DNA of 64,000 bases from Mobula birostris (lineage: Eukaryota), in the NCBI RefSeq assembly GCF_030028105.1, contig NC_092397.1, positions 21,276,630 through 21,340,629 on the forward strand, in the 5' to 3' direction. Both the position numbers and the translations under genes were made by a program. Below, one piece after another: positions 26,240 through 39,477 of this stretch. Position 1 is the stretch's first letter. Each line of letters begins with the position of its first letter. Under the pieces are notes generated by a model, which worked only from the letters and a program-made list of their open reading frames with translations, made no database searches and was not told the origin of the DNA.

Positions 26240-28410
26240 TATTACAATTGAACAAAGAGAACTATGGTGCTGTGAGGGAGGAGCTGGCCAAAGTTCAGTG
26301 GAACAATATCCTAGCAGGGATGACAGTGGAAAAGCAATGGCAGTGTTTCTGGGAATAATGCGGAAGGTGCAGGATCAGTTCATTCTAAAGAGGAAGGAAG
26401 ATCCTGAGGGGAGTAAGGGGAGGCATAGCTGACAAGGGAAGTAATGGACAGTATAAAAATAAAAGAGAAGTATAACATAGCAAAGATGAGTGGGAAGCTG
26501 GAGGATTGGGAAACTTTTAAAGAGCAACAGAAGGTAACTAAAAAGGCAATACGCGGAGAAAAAATGAGGTACGAAGATAAACTAGCCAAGAATATAAAGG
26601 AGGATAGTAAAAGCTTCTTTAGGTATGTGAAAAGGAAAAAAAAAAATAGTTAAGACCAAAATTGGGCCCTTGAAGACAGAAACGGGTGAATTTATTATGG
26701 GGAACAAGGAAATGGCAGACGAGTTGAACAGGTACTTTGGATCTGTCTTCACTGGAGAAGACACAAACAATCTCCCAGATATAATAGTGGCCAAAGGACC
26801 TAGGGTAATGGATGAAATGAAGGAAATTTATATCAGGCAGGAAATATTGTTGGATAGACTGTTGGGTCTGAAGGCTGATAAGTCCCCGGGACCTGATGGT
26901 CTGCATCCCAGGGTACTTAAGGAGGTGGCTTTAGAAATCGTGGATGCATTGGTAATCATTTTCCAATGTTCTATAGATTCAGGATCAGTTCCTGTGGATT
27001 GGAGGGTGGCTAATGTTGTCCCTATCTTCAAGAAGGGAAGAAGAGAGAAAACAGGGAATTATAGACCAGTTAGCCTGACGTCTGTGGTGGGAAAGATGCT
27101 GGAGTCAATTATAAAAGATGAAATTATGACACATCTGGATAGCAGTAACAGGATCGGTCCGAGTCAGCATGGACATACAAAGGGGAAATCGTGTGTGACT
27201 AATCTTCTGGAATTTTTTGAGGATGTATCTATGAAAATGGACAAGGGAGATCCAGTGGATGCAGTGTACCTGGACTTTCAGAAAGCCTTTCATAAAGTCC
27301 CACAAAGGAGATTATTGGGCAAAATTAGGGCATGTGGCATTGGGGGCAGAGTACTGACATGGATTGAAAATTGGCTGGCTGACAGAAAACAAAGAGTGGC
27401 GATTAACGGGTCCCTTTCGGAATGACAGGCAGTGATGAGTGGGTTACCGCAGGGTTCAGTGATGGGACCACAGCTGTTTACAATATATATTAATGATTTA
27501 GATGAGGGAATTATAAGTAACATTAGCAAATTTGCCGATGACACAAAGCTGGGTGGCAGTGTGAAATGTGAGGAGGATGTTATGAGAATGCAGGGTGACT
27601 TGGACAGGCTGGTTGAGTGGGCAGATGCATGGCAGATGCAGCTTAATGTGGATAAATGTGAGGTTATCCACTTTGGTGGTAAGAACAGGAAGGCAGATTA
27701 TTATCTAAATGGAGTCAAGTTAGGAAAAGGGGAAGTACAACGAGATCGAGGTGTCCTTGTACATCAGTCACTGAAAGCAAGCATGCAAGTACAGCAGGCA
27801 GTGAAGAAAGCTCATGGCATGCTGGCCTTCATAACAAGGGGAATTGAGTATAAGTCCTTCTGCAATTGTACAGGGTCCTGGTGAGACCACACCTGGAATA
27901 CTGTGTGCAGATTTGGTCTCCAAATTTGAGGAAGGACATTCTTGCTATTGAGGGAGTGCAGCGTAGGTTCACAAGGTTAATTCTCGGGATGGCGATGTTG
28001 AAAGATTGGAGCGACTGGGCTTGTATACTCTGGAATTTAGAACGCTGAAAGGGGATCTTATTGAAACATATAAGATTAAGGGATTGGACACGCTGGAGGC
28101 AGGAAGCATGTTCCTGCTGATGGGTGAGTCCAGAACCAGAGGCCACAGTTTAAGAATAAGGGGTAGGCCATTTAGACCGGAGTTGAGTGGTGGATATATG
28201 GAATGCCTGCCCCAGAAGGCTGTGGAGGCCAAGTCTCTGGATGCTTTCAAGAAAGAGATGGATAGAGTTCTTAACAATAGCGGAATCAAAGGTTATGGGG
28301 GTAAGGCAGGAACTGGATACTGATTGTGGATGATCAGCCATGATCACAGTGAATGGCGGTGCTGGCTCGACGGGTCGAATGGCCTACTCCTGCACCTATT
28401 GTCTATTGTA
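26240..28410 (+). mobile_element. CR1 LINE ORF2 fragment plus 3' UTR
   Basis: ORFs 26670-27425 and 27432-27884 with KSPGPDGLHPRVLKE, NYRPVSLTS and KFADDTKL. Confidence 0.95.
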
Positions 28411-28934
28411 TGTTCCTGCTCGTTTAAACCCTTCCGTGCAGCTGGAGGGAATCTCCCCGTAAACATATTGTCTCCCCTCCACCTTGGACCCGTCTCCCCT
28501 TCATTTCGAGAGTCCAATGATCCTTGTACCTGAAGCCCCCACCCACCTCACACCAGCTCCTCAGCCACACCTTTACCTGGGCTTTCGAAGGCGCCAGAAG
28601 CGCGGTCTATATATCTGGTTATGTATCCTGTTCCTGTATGTGACCGGTCTTTCATTTCCCTGGGGACTCAGAGGAACAAATGTTCTAATGAATCAATCCT
28701 CTCATCACTGGAAGTGACTGCACCCTCGCCCACCAACTGCTGTGTGTGAGGGCGCTCGCACTGGTCATGGAGCCGGGAGGGACAGACCGAGGTCCTCCGG
28801 GATTTGTAGAATGGAAAAGCACTTCCTATAATTTAAAGCAGGAAAATCAGCAAAAACCCAGAAACCGTTCAGTACGTACGTGGTGTGTGAGGGAGTTTTG
28901 TTTTTCGCTGGAGCGTTTTGTGTCGGATGAATCG

Positions 28935-29451
<517 letters not shown>

Positions 29452-29484
29452 AAATCTCCCACTTCCTCCCGAGCACGAAACAAC

Positions 29485-29500
29485 GGCTCTTTTAAGAGCC
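29485..29500 (+). terminator. Histone 3' stem-loop (H4)
   Basis: GGCTCTTTTAAGAGCC followed by ACCCA. Confidence 0.97.
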
Positions 29501-29849
29501 ACCCACCGCCTCACGGACGGAGCCGTATCCACACACAAAATTTTGATTATTTTTTATCGATACATTCACCTGAGTTACATTTGCAACAGATTAATCGGTT
29601 CCGCTTGAAATCAACCTGCGAACCTGCCTTTCCAGTCCGTGATTACAATAAAATCTCTGAATTCATTAAGGTCGATCTTAAACCTTTTATCCGTCTCGGA
29701 CAGAAATAAGTTCACTCGTTTAGAGAAACGATTCCGTAATTATGCATTTAAATCTTAACTGAGGGATTTAGATATTAAATAAAAGTGAAATTGTATAATC
29801 CGTGATAGAATTAATTGCAAATAAAAATAATCAGGCAGTTGCTGGCTGC

Positions 29850-30557
<708 letters not shown>

Positions 30558-30586
30558 ACCCGGCCTCCACACCAAGCACAAGAAAA

Positions 30587-30602
30587 GGCTCTTTTAAGAG
30601 CC
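30587..30602 (+). terminator. Histone 3' stem-loop (H3)
   Basis: GGCTCTTTTAAGAGCC followed by a purine-rich HDE (aaaggaaagggc). Confidence 0.97.
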
Positions 30603-31299
30603 ACTACCACAGCAAAGGAAAGGGCAGTCGCTTGCTGATCATTGTATTATCGTAGTGACGATCTGCCTTCCTGATGGGGTTATTTGGTTTTGCACTGATT
30701 GACCGCGATCATCAGCTGTTCTGTGCCGTCAGGTTGATTCAGCGAGGGAAAGGAGATGAACGTGCTCCCTCCCCGTCAGGGTCTTACCTGGCCCTTCATT
30801 TCTCCCACAAACCTGGCATGTACAGCTGCTGCGGCTGTTACCGTTTTGTTTGCTTTGGACATGCCCGGCTGTCCTTGCAGTGGGAGCATGTGGTCGCGCT
30901 GGGAACAGAGGGGGGTTTCCTGGAGCGGTGATCCCAGGCAATAGTGGTTATTGTTTTTTTTAATTTGCTTTCCCTCTCTTGTACATATTAGATGTTGGTG
31001 TTTTGTGTGAATAAACTTATGTAGTTTTGTGGCTGGTAACTGAATGAAGGTCAGTCGGCAATGTCACGGGGTAGTTTATCATATATCTTCCCCCTGCAGT
31101 CCATCCCCAGAGACAGATCCCTCTCTCAAGACGCCCCCTCCCCTCTCACATGGGTTTCAGCAGTTCCCAATCAACTCAGCAGAATCGGGCTTTGGGGTGT
31201 GAGGCGCGTAATCTCCGCTGGAGTCAGTGTCTCAGTCACTCTCTCCCGGCATGGGAGAAGGGACTGGGTTTACACCTACATCACATGTCTCTCAATCTC

Positions 31300-31301
31300 A
31301 A

Positions 31302-31335
<34 letters not shown>

Positions 31336-31336
31336 C
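31300..31336. repeat. (TC)n(CA)n microsatellite
   Basis: tctctctctctctcacacacacacacacacac. Confidence 0.9.
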
Positions 31337-31506
31337 CTGAGTGAAACTCAGTGTTTCACTTCAAATCTGGGACGTCACGGCGGCACCGAATGTCAGCGAA
31401 GTACCGGGAATATCGGGTTTTATGGGAGAAGTTCCCCCGGAAAACTAAGTCGGACCCGCAGCGGGAATCACAATATTTATGATCAGCTCTTTTCTGAGAT
31501 GTGGGT

Positions 31507-31522
31507 GGCTCTGAGAAGAGCC
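31507..31522 (-). terminator. Histone 3' stem-loop (H1)
   Basis: Reverse strand GGCTCTTCTCAGAGCC-ACCCA, then AAAAGAGCTG HDE. Confidence 0.97.
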
Positions 31523-31559
31523 GTTGGGTTCAAACACACACAAATGGTGTATTCTCGAT

Positions 31560-32195
31560 TTACTTTTTGACTGCTGTCTTCTTGGGCTTCGGCGCCGCTT
31601 TCTTGGCCGCTGATTTCTTCACTGAGACTTTCTTAGCCGCTGGTTTCTTCGCTGCCGCTTTCTTGGCCGCAGGTTTCTTGGCTGCCGCTTTCTTGGCCGC
31701 TGGTTTCTTCGCTGCCGCTTTCTTGGCCGCAGGTTTCTTCGCTGCCGCTTTCTTGGCTGCTGGTTTCTTCGCTGCCGCTTGCTTAGCCGCTGGTTTCTTG
31801 GCGCCAGACTTCTTGCTGGAAGATTTCTTTACCGATGGCTTGTTCGCTTTCTTCACTGTTTTCACGGCACTTTTTCCTTGACCGGATTTAAAGGATCCCG
31901 AAAGACCCGCGCCCTTGGTCTGAACCAAGGAGCCGCTTTCCACTCTCTTCTTGATGCACATCCTGATCTGGGCGCGACGTTTCCCCACATCGACACCGCT
32001 GCTGGTCAGAGCCTTCATGATGGCCACAGCGGACATCCCCTTCCTATCGCGACAACCCGCCACAATCTTATCGATTTGTTCGCCCAGCTTGGGACCGGCT
32101 GGTTTGCTCCGGGCGGCCGCCTTCTTCTTGGGACTCTTCTTTGCGGCGGCGGGTGCGGCTGGAGGAGCCGTTTCGGCGGGTGCTGTCTCGGTCAT
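31560..32195 (-). CDS. H1: Linker histone H1 (divergent, stem-loop type)
   Basis: 211 aa: MTETAPA N-tail, winged-helix domain ending [17 protein letters not shown]-rich tail; downstream stem-loop; H1 box AAACACA at 32336-32342. Confidence 0.96.
   Translation of the reverse strand: MTETAPAETAPPAAPAAAKKSPKKKAAARSKPAGPKLGEQIDKIVAGCRDRKGMSAVAIMKALTSSGVDVGKRRAQIRMCIKKRVESGSLVQTKGAGLSGSFKSGQGKSAVKTVKKANKPSVKKSSSKKSGAKKPAAKQAAAKKPAAKKAAAKKPAAKKAAAKKPAAKKAAAKKPAAKKAAAKKPAAKKVSVKKSAAKKAAPKPKKTAVKK
31629..31800 (-). repeat. 30-bp coding tandem repeat ([10 protein letters not shown]) in the H1 C-terminal tail
   Basis: About 6 near-identical 30-nt units. Confidence 0.92.
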
Positions 32196-32259
32196 GTCGG
32201 CAACTCTGGAAAATCCTTCTCACAATCAGACTGAATGAGAAATGAAGCGAAAGGCGGCG

Positions 32260-32350
32260 GCACAGAGCAATTTAAAGGCAGCGAGCGGACGGGGCGGAGA
32301 CATCCTCCTGTCAGATCCCGGAGACTTCATTTTTCTGTGTTTCTCTCTCC
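32260..32350 (-). promoter_or_regulatory. H1 promoter (H1 box, GC box, H4-box/HINFP-like site, TTTAAA)
   Basis: TGTGTTT 32336-32342; GGGGCGG 32291-32297; GCGGACG 32285-32291; TTTAAA 32271-32276. Confidence 0.7.
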
Positions 32351-32757
32351 TCGAAAACTCTCCAATTCCAATTAAAATCGGACATTCCGGAGACTCGGAC
32401 TGGCCCCTGTCCGTCACTGAGGCCGCAAAGTTCGCTGGAAATAAAAGTTTATTCAAGATTAAAGGCAGCTCTTTCTATTTTAACCCGTTTCATTATTGCG
32501 CTGCCCGCGATCTCTCTCCCGATCAGTGACCTGTTCTCTGCTTTTGGACTGTAATACTAAAAGTAACGAAAACTTTGCGGTTTATTCCAGCTTCAGGACT
32601 GAGTGGGAGAGTGAGGCGATTCCGTAACAGAGAATTTTTTTTCATTTTGTTTATCAGACGCTGGGAAATCCTACGATATGTTCGGACTCACAAACACAGC
32701 AACAGTAGTCTAAACCGCCCGCCCCTTTTACACACTCTCTCTGACATAATGCTCCCA

Positions 32758-32902
32758 GCAACACACACAGAAAATGCTGGTGAACGCAGCAGGCCAGGCA
32801 GCATCTATAGGAAGAGGTACAGTCGACGTTTCGGGCCGGGACCCTTCGTCAGGACTCTGGTGCTAAATGTGGCCTGACTTGCTGGGTTCCTCCAGCATTT
32901 TG
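32758..32902 (-). mobile_element. Short Penelope-terminus element, partly palindromic
   Basis: acacacagaaaatgctggtgaacgcagcaggcc...hammerhead...ggcctgacttgctgggttcctccagcatttt. Confidence 0.85.
32821..32856 (-). ncRNA. Minimal type I hammerhead ribozyme motif (intact core)
   Basis: RNA: AGUC-CUGACGA-A-GGGU(CCCG)GCCC-GAAAC-GUC^GACU; stems I and II, conserved core, palindromic ACGU stem III. Confidence 0.75.
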
Positions 32903-32979
32903 GCCATCAAAATTAACCGACAGTTTCCATGTCATATAACACTGATAAATCTGATTCTGATCCCAAGGAATAGAGGACA

Positions 32980-34810
32980 AAGGACATTGTCTGGCCAAAT
33001 TCTCTGTGTAACTGAGAACCTCAGGTTCGGGAAACATCATTGGAAATCTTTTCTGCACTCTCCCCAGTTTAACCCCGTTTCCTATAACGGTGACGAGAGC
33101 TGTACACAAATCAGCAAGTGTGGCCTCCGGTCACTTACACAACTCTATCATAATGTCCGAACTGATATACTCAATCCCCTGACTAATGAAGACCAGCATG
33201 TTACGTTCTGCATCACCCTGTCTACCAGTGATATCTCTTTCAATGACCCGTGTGTGCACTTTACCCCTAAATCTCTCCAGTCCATTCCACTCCCTAATGA
33301 CCGATCGTTCACAGTGTAAGTTGATTTAGGCCAGTTAGAAGAGTGGGCTGAAAGAACGCAGATGGAGTTTAATGTTCATAAATGTGAGGTGCTATATTTT
33401 GTTTGGACTAATCAAAATATGACATACATGGTAAATAGTAGAGCATTGAAGAATGCAGTAGAACAGAGGGATCGAGAAATAATGGTGCATAGTTCCGTGA
33501 AGGTGGAATCTCATGTTGATAGGGTGGTGAAGAAAGCTTTTGGTATGCTGGCCTTTATAAATCAGAGCATTGAGTATAGGAGTTGGTATATAATGTTGTA
33601 ATTGTACAAGGCATTGGTAAGGCCAAATTTAGAGTATTGTGTACAGTTCTGGTCACCGAATTATAGGAAAGATGTCAAAAAAATTGAGAGAGTACAGAGA
33701 AGATTTACTAGAATGTTACCTGGGTTTCATCTCCTAAGTTACAGAGAAAGGTTGAACAAGTTGGGTCTTTATTCTTTGGAGCGTAGAAGGTTGAGGGGGG
33801 ACTTGATAGAGGTATTTAAAATTATGAGGGGGATAGATAGAGTTGATGTGGATAGGCCTTTTCCATTGACAGTGGGACAGATTCAAACAAGAGGACATGA
33901 GTTGAGAGTTAAAGGGCAAAAGTTTAGGGGTAACATGACGGGGAACTTGTTTACTGGTAGCTCTGTGGAGTGAGCTTCCAGCAAAAGTGGTTGAGGCAGG
34001 TTCGATGTTGTCATTTAATGTTAAATTCAATAGCTATATGGACAGGAAAGGAATGGAGGGTTATGGGCTGAGTGCAGGTTGGTGGGACAGGGTGAGAGTA
34101 AGAGTTTGGCACAGACTAGAAGGACGGAGATGGCCTGTTTCTGTGCTGTAATTGTTATATGGTTATAAGTTCTACACTGGTTTGACTTTCCAATATGCAC
34201 CACCTCACACTTAACTGTATTGAAGTACATTTGCCACGCTGTGGCCCTCTTCCCGAAATGATCACGGTCCCCCTGTAATCTGCGACAATCTTCTTCGCTA
34301 TCAAGAACATTTGCTGATCATATGTAAATCAAATATACAAATAACAAATGCCGAGGCTCCAAACTCTGGCCCCTGCAGCTCACCGCTAATCACCAGCCTC
34401 CATTCTGTGAAACAACCTTCAAGCACAACCCTCTGCTTCCTACCACCAAGACAACTTTGAATCCAGCTGACTCGCTCACCCTGGATACAGTGGGGCCTAA
34501 CCTTCCAGACCAGGCTGCCATGTGAGACTTTCTCCAAGGTCCATATAATATCACATCTACCTTTTTACCCTCCTGCATCTTCAAAAACTCAGAGATTCTC
34601 CAACCACAACTCCCTGTGCACAAAGCCCTTATGACACCTAATTCGCTATTCAAATGCTGGTACATCGTGACTCAGAATCCTCTCCAGTAGCTTCCCCACT
34701 ACTGATGTCAGACTGACCTGCATGTAGTTCCCGGCTTGTCCTTGCAAATAATGGAAAAACATTCGCCTCTTTCCATTCTCCAGGACTTTCATCAGTGGTT
34801 TCTACCTCCC
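32980..34810 (-). mobile_element. Old CR1 remnant split by a younger CR1
   Basis: Reverse-strand RVQKRF (~33050) and KVSHGSLVWK...RKQRVV (~34400) motifs flank the plus-strand insert. Confidence 0.7.
33320..34165 (+). mobile_element. CR1 3' fragment
   Basis: ORFs 33362-33601 and 33602-33973 (YKALVRPNLEYCVQFWSP...RGDLIEVFK). Confidence 0.92.
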
Positions 34811-35729
34811 GTGAAGTAATTGCTCAGGTCCGGAGGATTTATCCCCCACCTAATGCATTGTATGGCCCTCCATTCTCTGCACATCCACGTACCTATCTGG
34901 GAGACTCTTGGATGCCTGTATTGTTCATCAGGCAAGGTGGTGCTGGTGATACACAGTGACATCGTGAGGGCAGCTCACAAAACATGTAGATACACTTCTT
35001 CTGAACTACTATCACTGCAAACTGCAGCCTGTAATTTCCATTTAAAGACATGTACTTATAAACCATTTGAAGAAATGAGCAATTTTCTGAGCTCTTTGTT
35101 GTCTCTGCAAACTTGACTCTTAGAAATGCAGGTATGGCACCTTGAAGTTCGAAGTTCAAATTCCAAAGTAAATGTTTTATCAAAATACTGAACATATATG
35201 TCACCATGTACAAACCTGACATTTGTTTTCCTGTGGGCATAGTCAGTCAATCCAAGAAACTAACAGAATCAATGAAAGACTGCACCCAACGAGATGGACA
35301 ATCAACCAATGTGCAAATGACAACAAACTGTGCAAATACCAAAGGAAAAATATCAGAAATAATAATAATAATTTAATAAGGAATAAACATCGAGAACATG
35401 AGATGAAAAGTCAGTGAAAGCAATTCCATAGATAGTGGGAACAGTTCAATGTTGGGATGAGTAAAGTTGAGTGAAGTTATCCCAACATATTCACATGCCT
35501 TTTGTACACTGGCCGTGATCAGTGAATGTGGTTAGTATCAGAATCAAAATCAAGTTTATTAATATGAATATATGTCATGAACTTTGTTGTCTTGCTACAG
35601 CAGTACACTGCAATTTATTAAAAAAAAACAGTTAAAATAAGAACTATACATTAAACTAAACAGTGTAAAAAGAGGATCAGGGAGGGATGTGAGCCCGAAG
35701 ATGAGAATGGGAAACATGATACCTGATCC

Positions 35730-37215
35730 ATTCTTGCCTCTTTTACTCTTTTCATGTCTGAAAAATAAAACTTTTAGTATCTTCTTTTATATCATTTCCC
35801 AGCTTACTTTTGCAATTCATCTGTTTCTCCAGTTTGCTATTGTAGTTGTCTTCTGTTGTTTTCTTAAGTTTCCTAATCCATTAATTTTTGTGATATTGTA
35901 TGCCCTCTCATGTTCTTTTATGCTGCCTTTGTCTTCTGTTGTTAGTGATATTTGCCTCATCCTCCCTTTCAAATACTGTTTCTGCTGAGGGATGAACTGA
36001 TCCTGCATCCGTCAAATTACTCCTGGAAACTCAAGTTTTTCATACAAAGGTAATCTGCTTAATACTGGGGAATCAAAATGCCCAACTGCTGTAAGCCTGT
36101 TCCCATTACCCCTCTGTGTGACTTACCAACACGTCTGGTCCATAATATCTCACCCTATCGGGAGACTGGCAGTATAATCCCATCAAAATCATCATACATC
36201 ATTTTATTTAAAACCTCTACTTACAAGACCTTATCAAAACCCTCACTTATTACTGCAGTGTTGGTCTCCTTAATCAAAGATGCAACACCCCCCACACCTG
36301 AGTCTGAGAGAAGTGAAATGTCTTTGAAGCATGATAACTGTGTCCTTGTTGACAACTTCCATGTTCAATATGTACTCCAGCATCTGTGTGGCAAAACCGT
36401 GACCCTCAGGTAGACTTTAAATGTTTCCCCTTCACCTTAAACAATTATCCTGTAGTTTTACACTCCCCTACCTTCACACATAGACTGGTCACCCAATGAT
36501 TTTATAAACCTCTGAATGGTCACAGCTTCTTATCATCTAGGGAGAGAAAGAGAGTCCCAGCCTATCCAAGCTTCTGCTAATAATTCAAGGCCTCCAGAGT
36601 CAGTGACATCCTCATTAAACTTCCCTCCACACTGTCCAGCTTTGTGACATCCTTCCTGCAAATGGGTGAGCAGAACTGTGCACAATACAGTGTGGTCTCA
36701 CTTTGACTTTTACAGTTGCCATATGACATCCCAAATTCTCTACTCAATTCCCTGACCAATGAAGACAAATAGGACAAACACCATCTTCACCATCCTGACT
36801 ACCTGTGTTGTCACTTTCAGTGAATGATGTTCCTGTATTCCATGGTCTTTCTGTTCTGTAATACTCTCCAAGGGACAATAATTTACTGTGCACATCCTTC
36901 CCTGGTTGAACTTCTCATAATGCAACACCTCAGCCTTGTCCATGTCAACATCCTTCTGCCATTCTTTGGCCAACTTCCCCAGTTCATCTCGATCCCATTG
37001 TACTCTCAGATAATCTTCACTGTCCACTCTACCACCAATGTTGTTGTCACCTGCAAACTCACTAATCACTTTAACAACAATGTCAGAGAAATTTTTAACA
37101 TACATGACAAATGACAGTACCAGCACTGATCCCTGTGAATGTGACTGGTCAGAGGCCTCCAACCTGAATAACAAGCTGCCACGACCACCCTCTGTCTCCT
37201 TCCACCAAATCAATT
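35730..37215 (-). mobile_element. Degenerate CR1 fragments
   Basis: QGSVLV...EFAGDNNIGG and LYCAQFCSPICRKD remnants. Confidence 0.7.
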
Positions 37216-37839
37216 TTGTGACGCTGATGTTAGGTAGTGTTGATAGTCCAGTTGGAAATCAGTTAGTGGAGAGGAGGAAGCTGTTCCTAAAACATTACGT
37301 GTGCGTTCAGGTTCCTGTACCTCTTCTCCAATGGTAATAATAAAAAGGGGGCACATCCTGGATGGTCCAGAGAGCAGAGCAGATACAGACCTGACATGGG
37401 AGGTTTGAAGGGGAAAGTGAATCCATTTCATGGGACTGGTGAAGCAGAGTGACTTGGAGAATTGATCAACAGGAGACATGGCCTTTCAGGAGAGCAGCAG
37501 CAGCTGGGTCTGTGATTCTGATGTACAGCAGGGGAGGGTGGAGACAAAGAGATCTGTAATCACTGGATTACTCCTGATGCCAAGTGCTGGTAAGGACAGG
37601 GCAGGTGGATGTGAGGATGAGGAGCTGGTACAGGAGAACAGGTTCAGGTTTCCAGCCACTGGGATCTCTGCTGGGGCAGAGGTGACCTGTAGAAGTGGGA
37701 CCGGCTGCACTTGAACCAGCCGGGTCAAATATGGGCAGATTTGTTAATGTGTCGCAGGAGGATTGAAATGATTCATCAGTGGGTTGGCAACCAAAATAGT
37801 GGTGTGGCAGATGATAGCCCTTTACTCTGCCATGATAGT

Positions 37840-38082
37840 GGCTCCTAAAAGAGCCTTTCGTTGTGTTTAGTGCCAGGGCCGGGTTCAGGCGGGCTCCCCA
37901 CAGAAGCACCAAGCCAGCTGGATGGTAACTTACTCGGCGTGGATGGCGCACAGGTTAGTGTCCTCGAAGAGCCCCACCAGGTAAGCCTCGCTCACCTCCT
38001 GCAGGGCCATGATGGCCGAGCTCTGGAAACACAGATGGGTTTTGAAGTCCTGAGCGATCTCCCGCACCAGGTGCTGGAAAGC
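37840..38082 (-). pseudogene. H3: Histone H3 pseudogene (3' half plus stem-loop)
   Basis: Reverse strand [63 protein letters not shown]: premature stop and loss of the MPKDI segment; stem-loop GGCTCTTTTAGGAGCC at 37840-37855; 5' half replaced by a LINE. Confidence 0.93.
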
Positions 38083-38084
38083 CG

Positions 38085-38830
38085 AGGATCCAGCTGCACA
38101 AGGAGGGACAGAGGCCTAGGTTCTGTAGCTATTTTATCAGGACGAGGAATGATGGTGTTAAATGCTGGGCTCTAGTCAATATACAGCATCCTGACATAGG
38201 TATTTGTATTGCCCAGGTGCTCCAGTACTGTGTGGAGAGCCACTGAGATCACATCTACCGCAAACATATTGTGGCGAGAGGCAAATTGCAGTGGGTCCCG
38301 GTCCTTCCTGGGACAGGTGTTCATTCTATCCATGACCAACCTCTCAAAGCATTTCATAACCGGAGATGTGAGTGCGACTGGACAATAGTCGTTAAGGCAG
38401 CTCACACTGACCTTCTTGGGTTCCAGAGCAGTTGTTGCCCTTTTGAAGCAGGTCAGAACTTTTGACTGCAGCAGTGAGAGATTGAAAATGTCTTTGACCA
38501 CTTCCAGCAGTTGGTAGGCACAGGTTTTCAGAGCCTTACCAGGTACTCCATCGGGCCCTGCTGCCCGGCGAGGGTTCAGCCTCTTGAAAGACAGCCTGAT
38601 GTCGGCCTCCAAGACAGAGATCACAGGGTCATCAGGCGCTGCACGTATCCTCATAGCTGTGGCTTTATTCTTCCTCTGAAAGTGAGCATAAAAGGGGTTG
38701 AGCTGGTCTGGTTGTGAAGCCTCACTGCCATTCATGATGTTGGGTTTGCTTTGTAGGAAATAATGGCTGCAACCACTGCCAGAGTTGACGTGCATCTGAT
38801 GCAGGGAACATCTGGAATTCTTTACCCGGT
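38085..38830 (-). mobile_element. Rex1/Babar LINE RT fragment abutting the H3 pseudogene
   Basis: ORF 38172-38888: AAGPDGVPG..LK.CA...LNDYCPVALTSPVMKCFERLV...DPLQFA. Confidence 0.9.
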
Positions 38831-38883
38831 GGGCATGAGGTCTGGATGAATGGACGGGTTTAAAGAGGAAGGGGTGGCACAGG

Positions 38884-38956
38884 AGCATCGTGGTCAGCGC
38901 AGTGGTGACAGTACCAGCGACCTGGGTTTAATTCCCACCGTTGTCTGTCAGGAGAG
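38884..38956 (+). mobile_element. tRNA-derived SINE head fragment (HE1/V-SINE-like)
   Basis: cgtggtcagcgcag...cagcgacctgggtttaattccc..tgtctgtcaggag with degenerate A and B boxes. Confidence 0.5.
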
Positions 38957-39285
38957 CGGTTCGCATCTGGAATTCACTGCCTGCAGGGGTTGTGGGAATA
39001 AACAAACAGGACGTTCAAAGCCGAATTTGTCAGATCCTGCAGAGTCAGGTATACTGGTTCCAAACCCTCCCCTCACCTCCCAGCAATGTTTAAAGTCCAT
39101 GGTAGACAAGGTTAGTTTGTGTAATAAAGACACTCTTCAGTAAAAGCACTGACACTGTATTTCAAACACACTGAGCCGCCAGAGCACAGCACCGGCCGTG
39201 AGGACACAGACCAGTACAGCACACAGCTCTCCAATAGAGATTTAGTAAAACACAATACTGACAGCCCAGAGCTGGACAACCCAGC

Positions 39286-39474
39286 ATTTCACTGTAACTC
39301 TGACCTATAAACATCATTACCCCATCTACAGTATTTCACTGTAACTCTGACTTATAAACATCATTACCCCATCTACAGTATTTCACTGTAACTCTGACCT
39401 ATAAACATCATTACTCCATCTACAGTATTTCACTGTAACTCTGACCTATAAACATCATTACCTCATCTACAGTA
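39286..39474. repeat. 47-bp minisatellite, 4 copies
   Basis: atttcactgtaactctgacctataaacatcattaccccatctacagt; period 47 (39291, 39338, 39385, 39432). Confidence 0.95.
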
Positions 39475-39477
39475 CAC

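Noticed and set aside
4059-28410. Any intact, autonomous LINE or transposase gene
   Set aside because: All RT, endonuclease and transposase segments are truncated or broken by stops and frameshifts.
39286-39474. CRISPR-like array
   Set aside because: Head-to-tail repeats with no unique spacers, in a vertebrate context with no cas genes.
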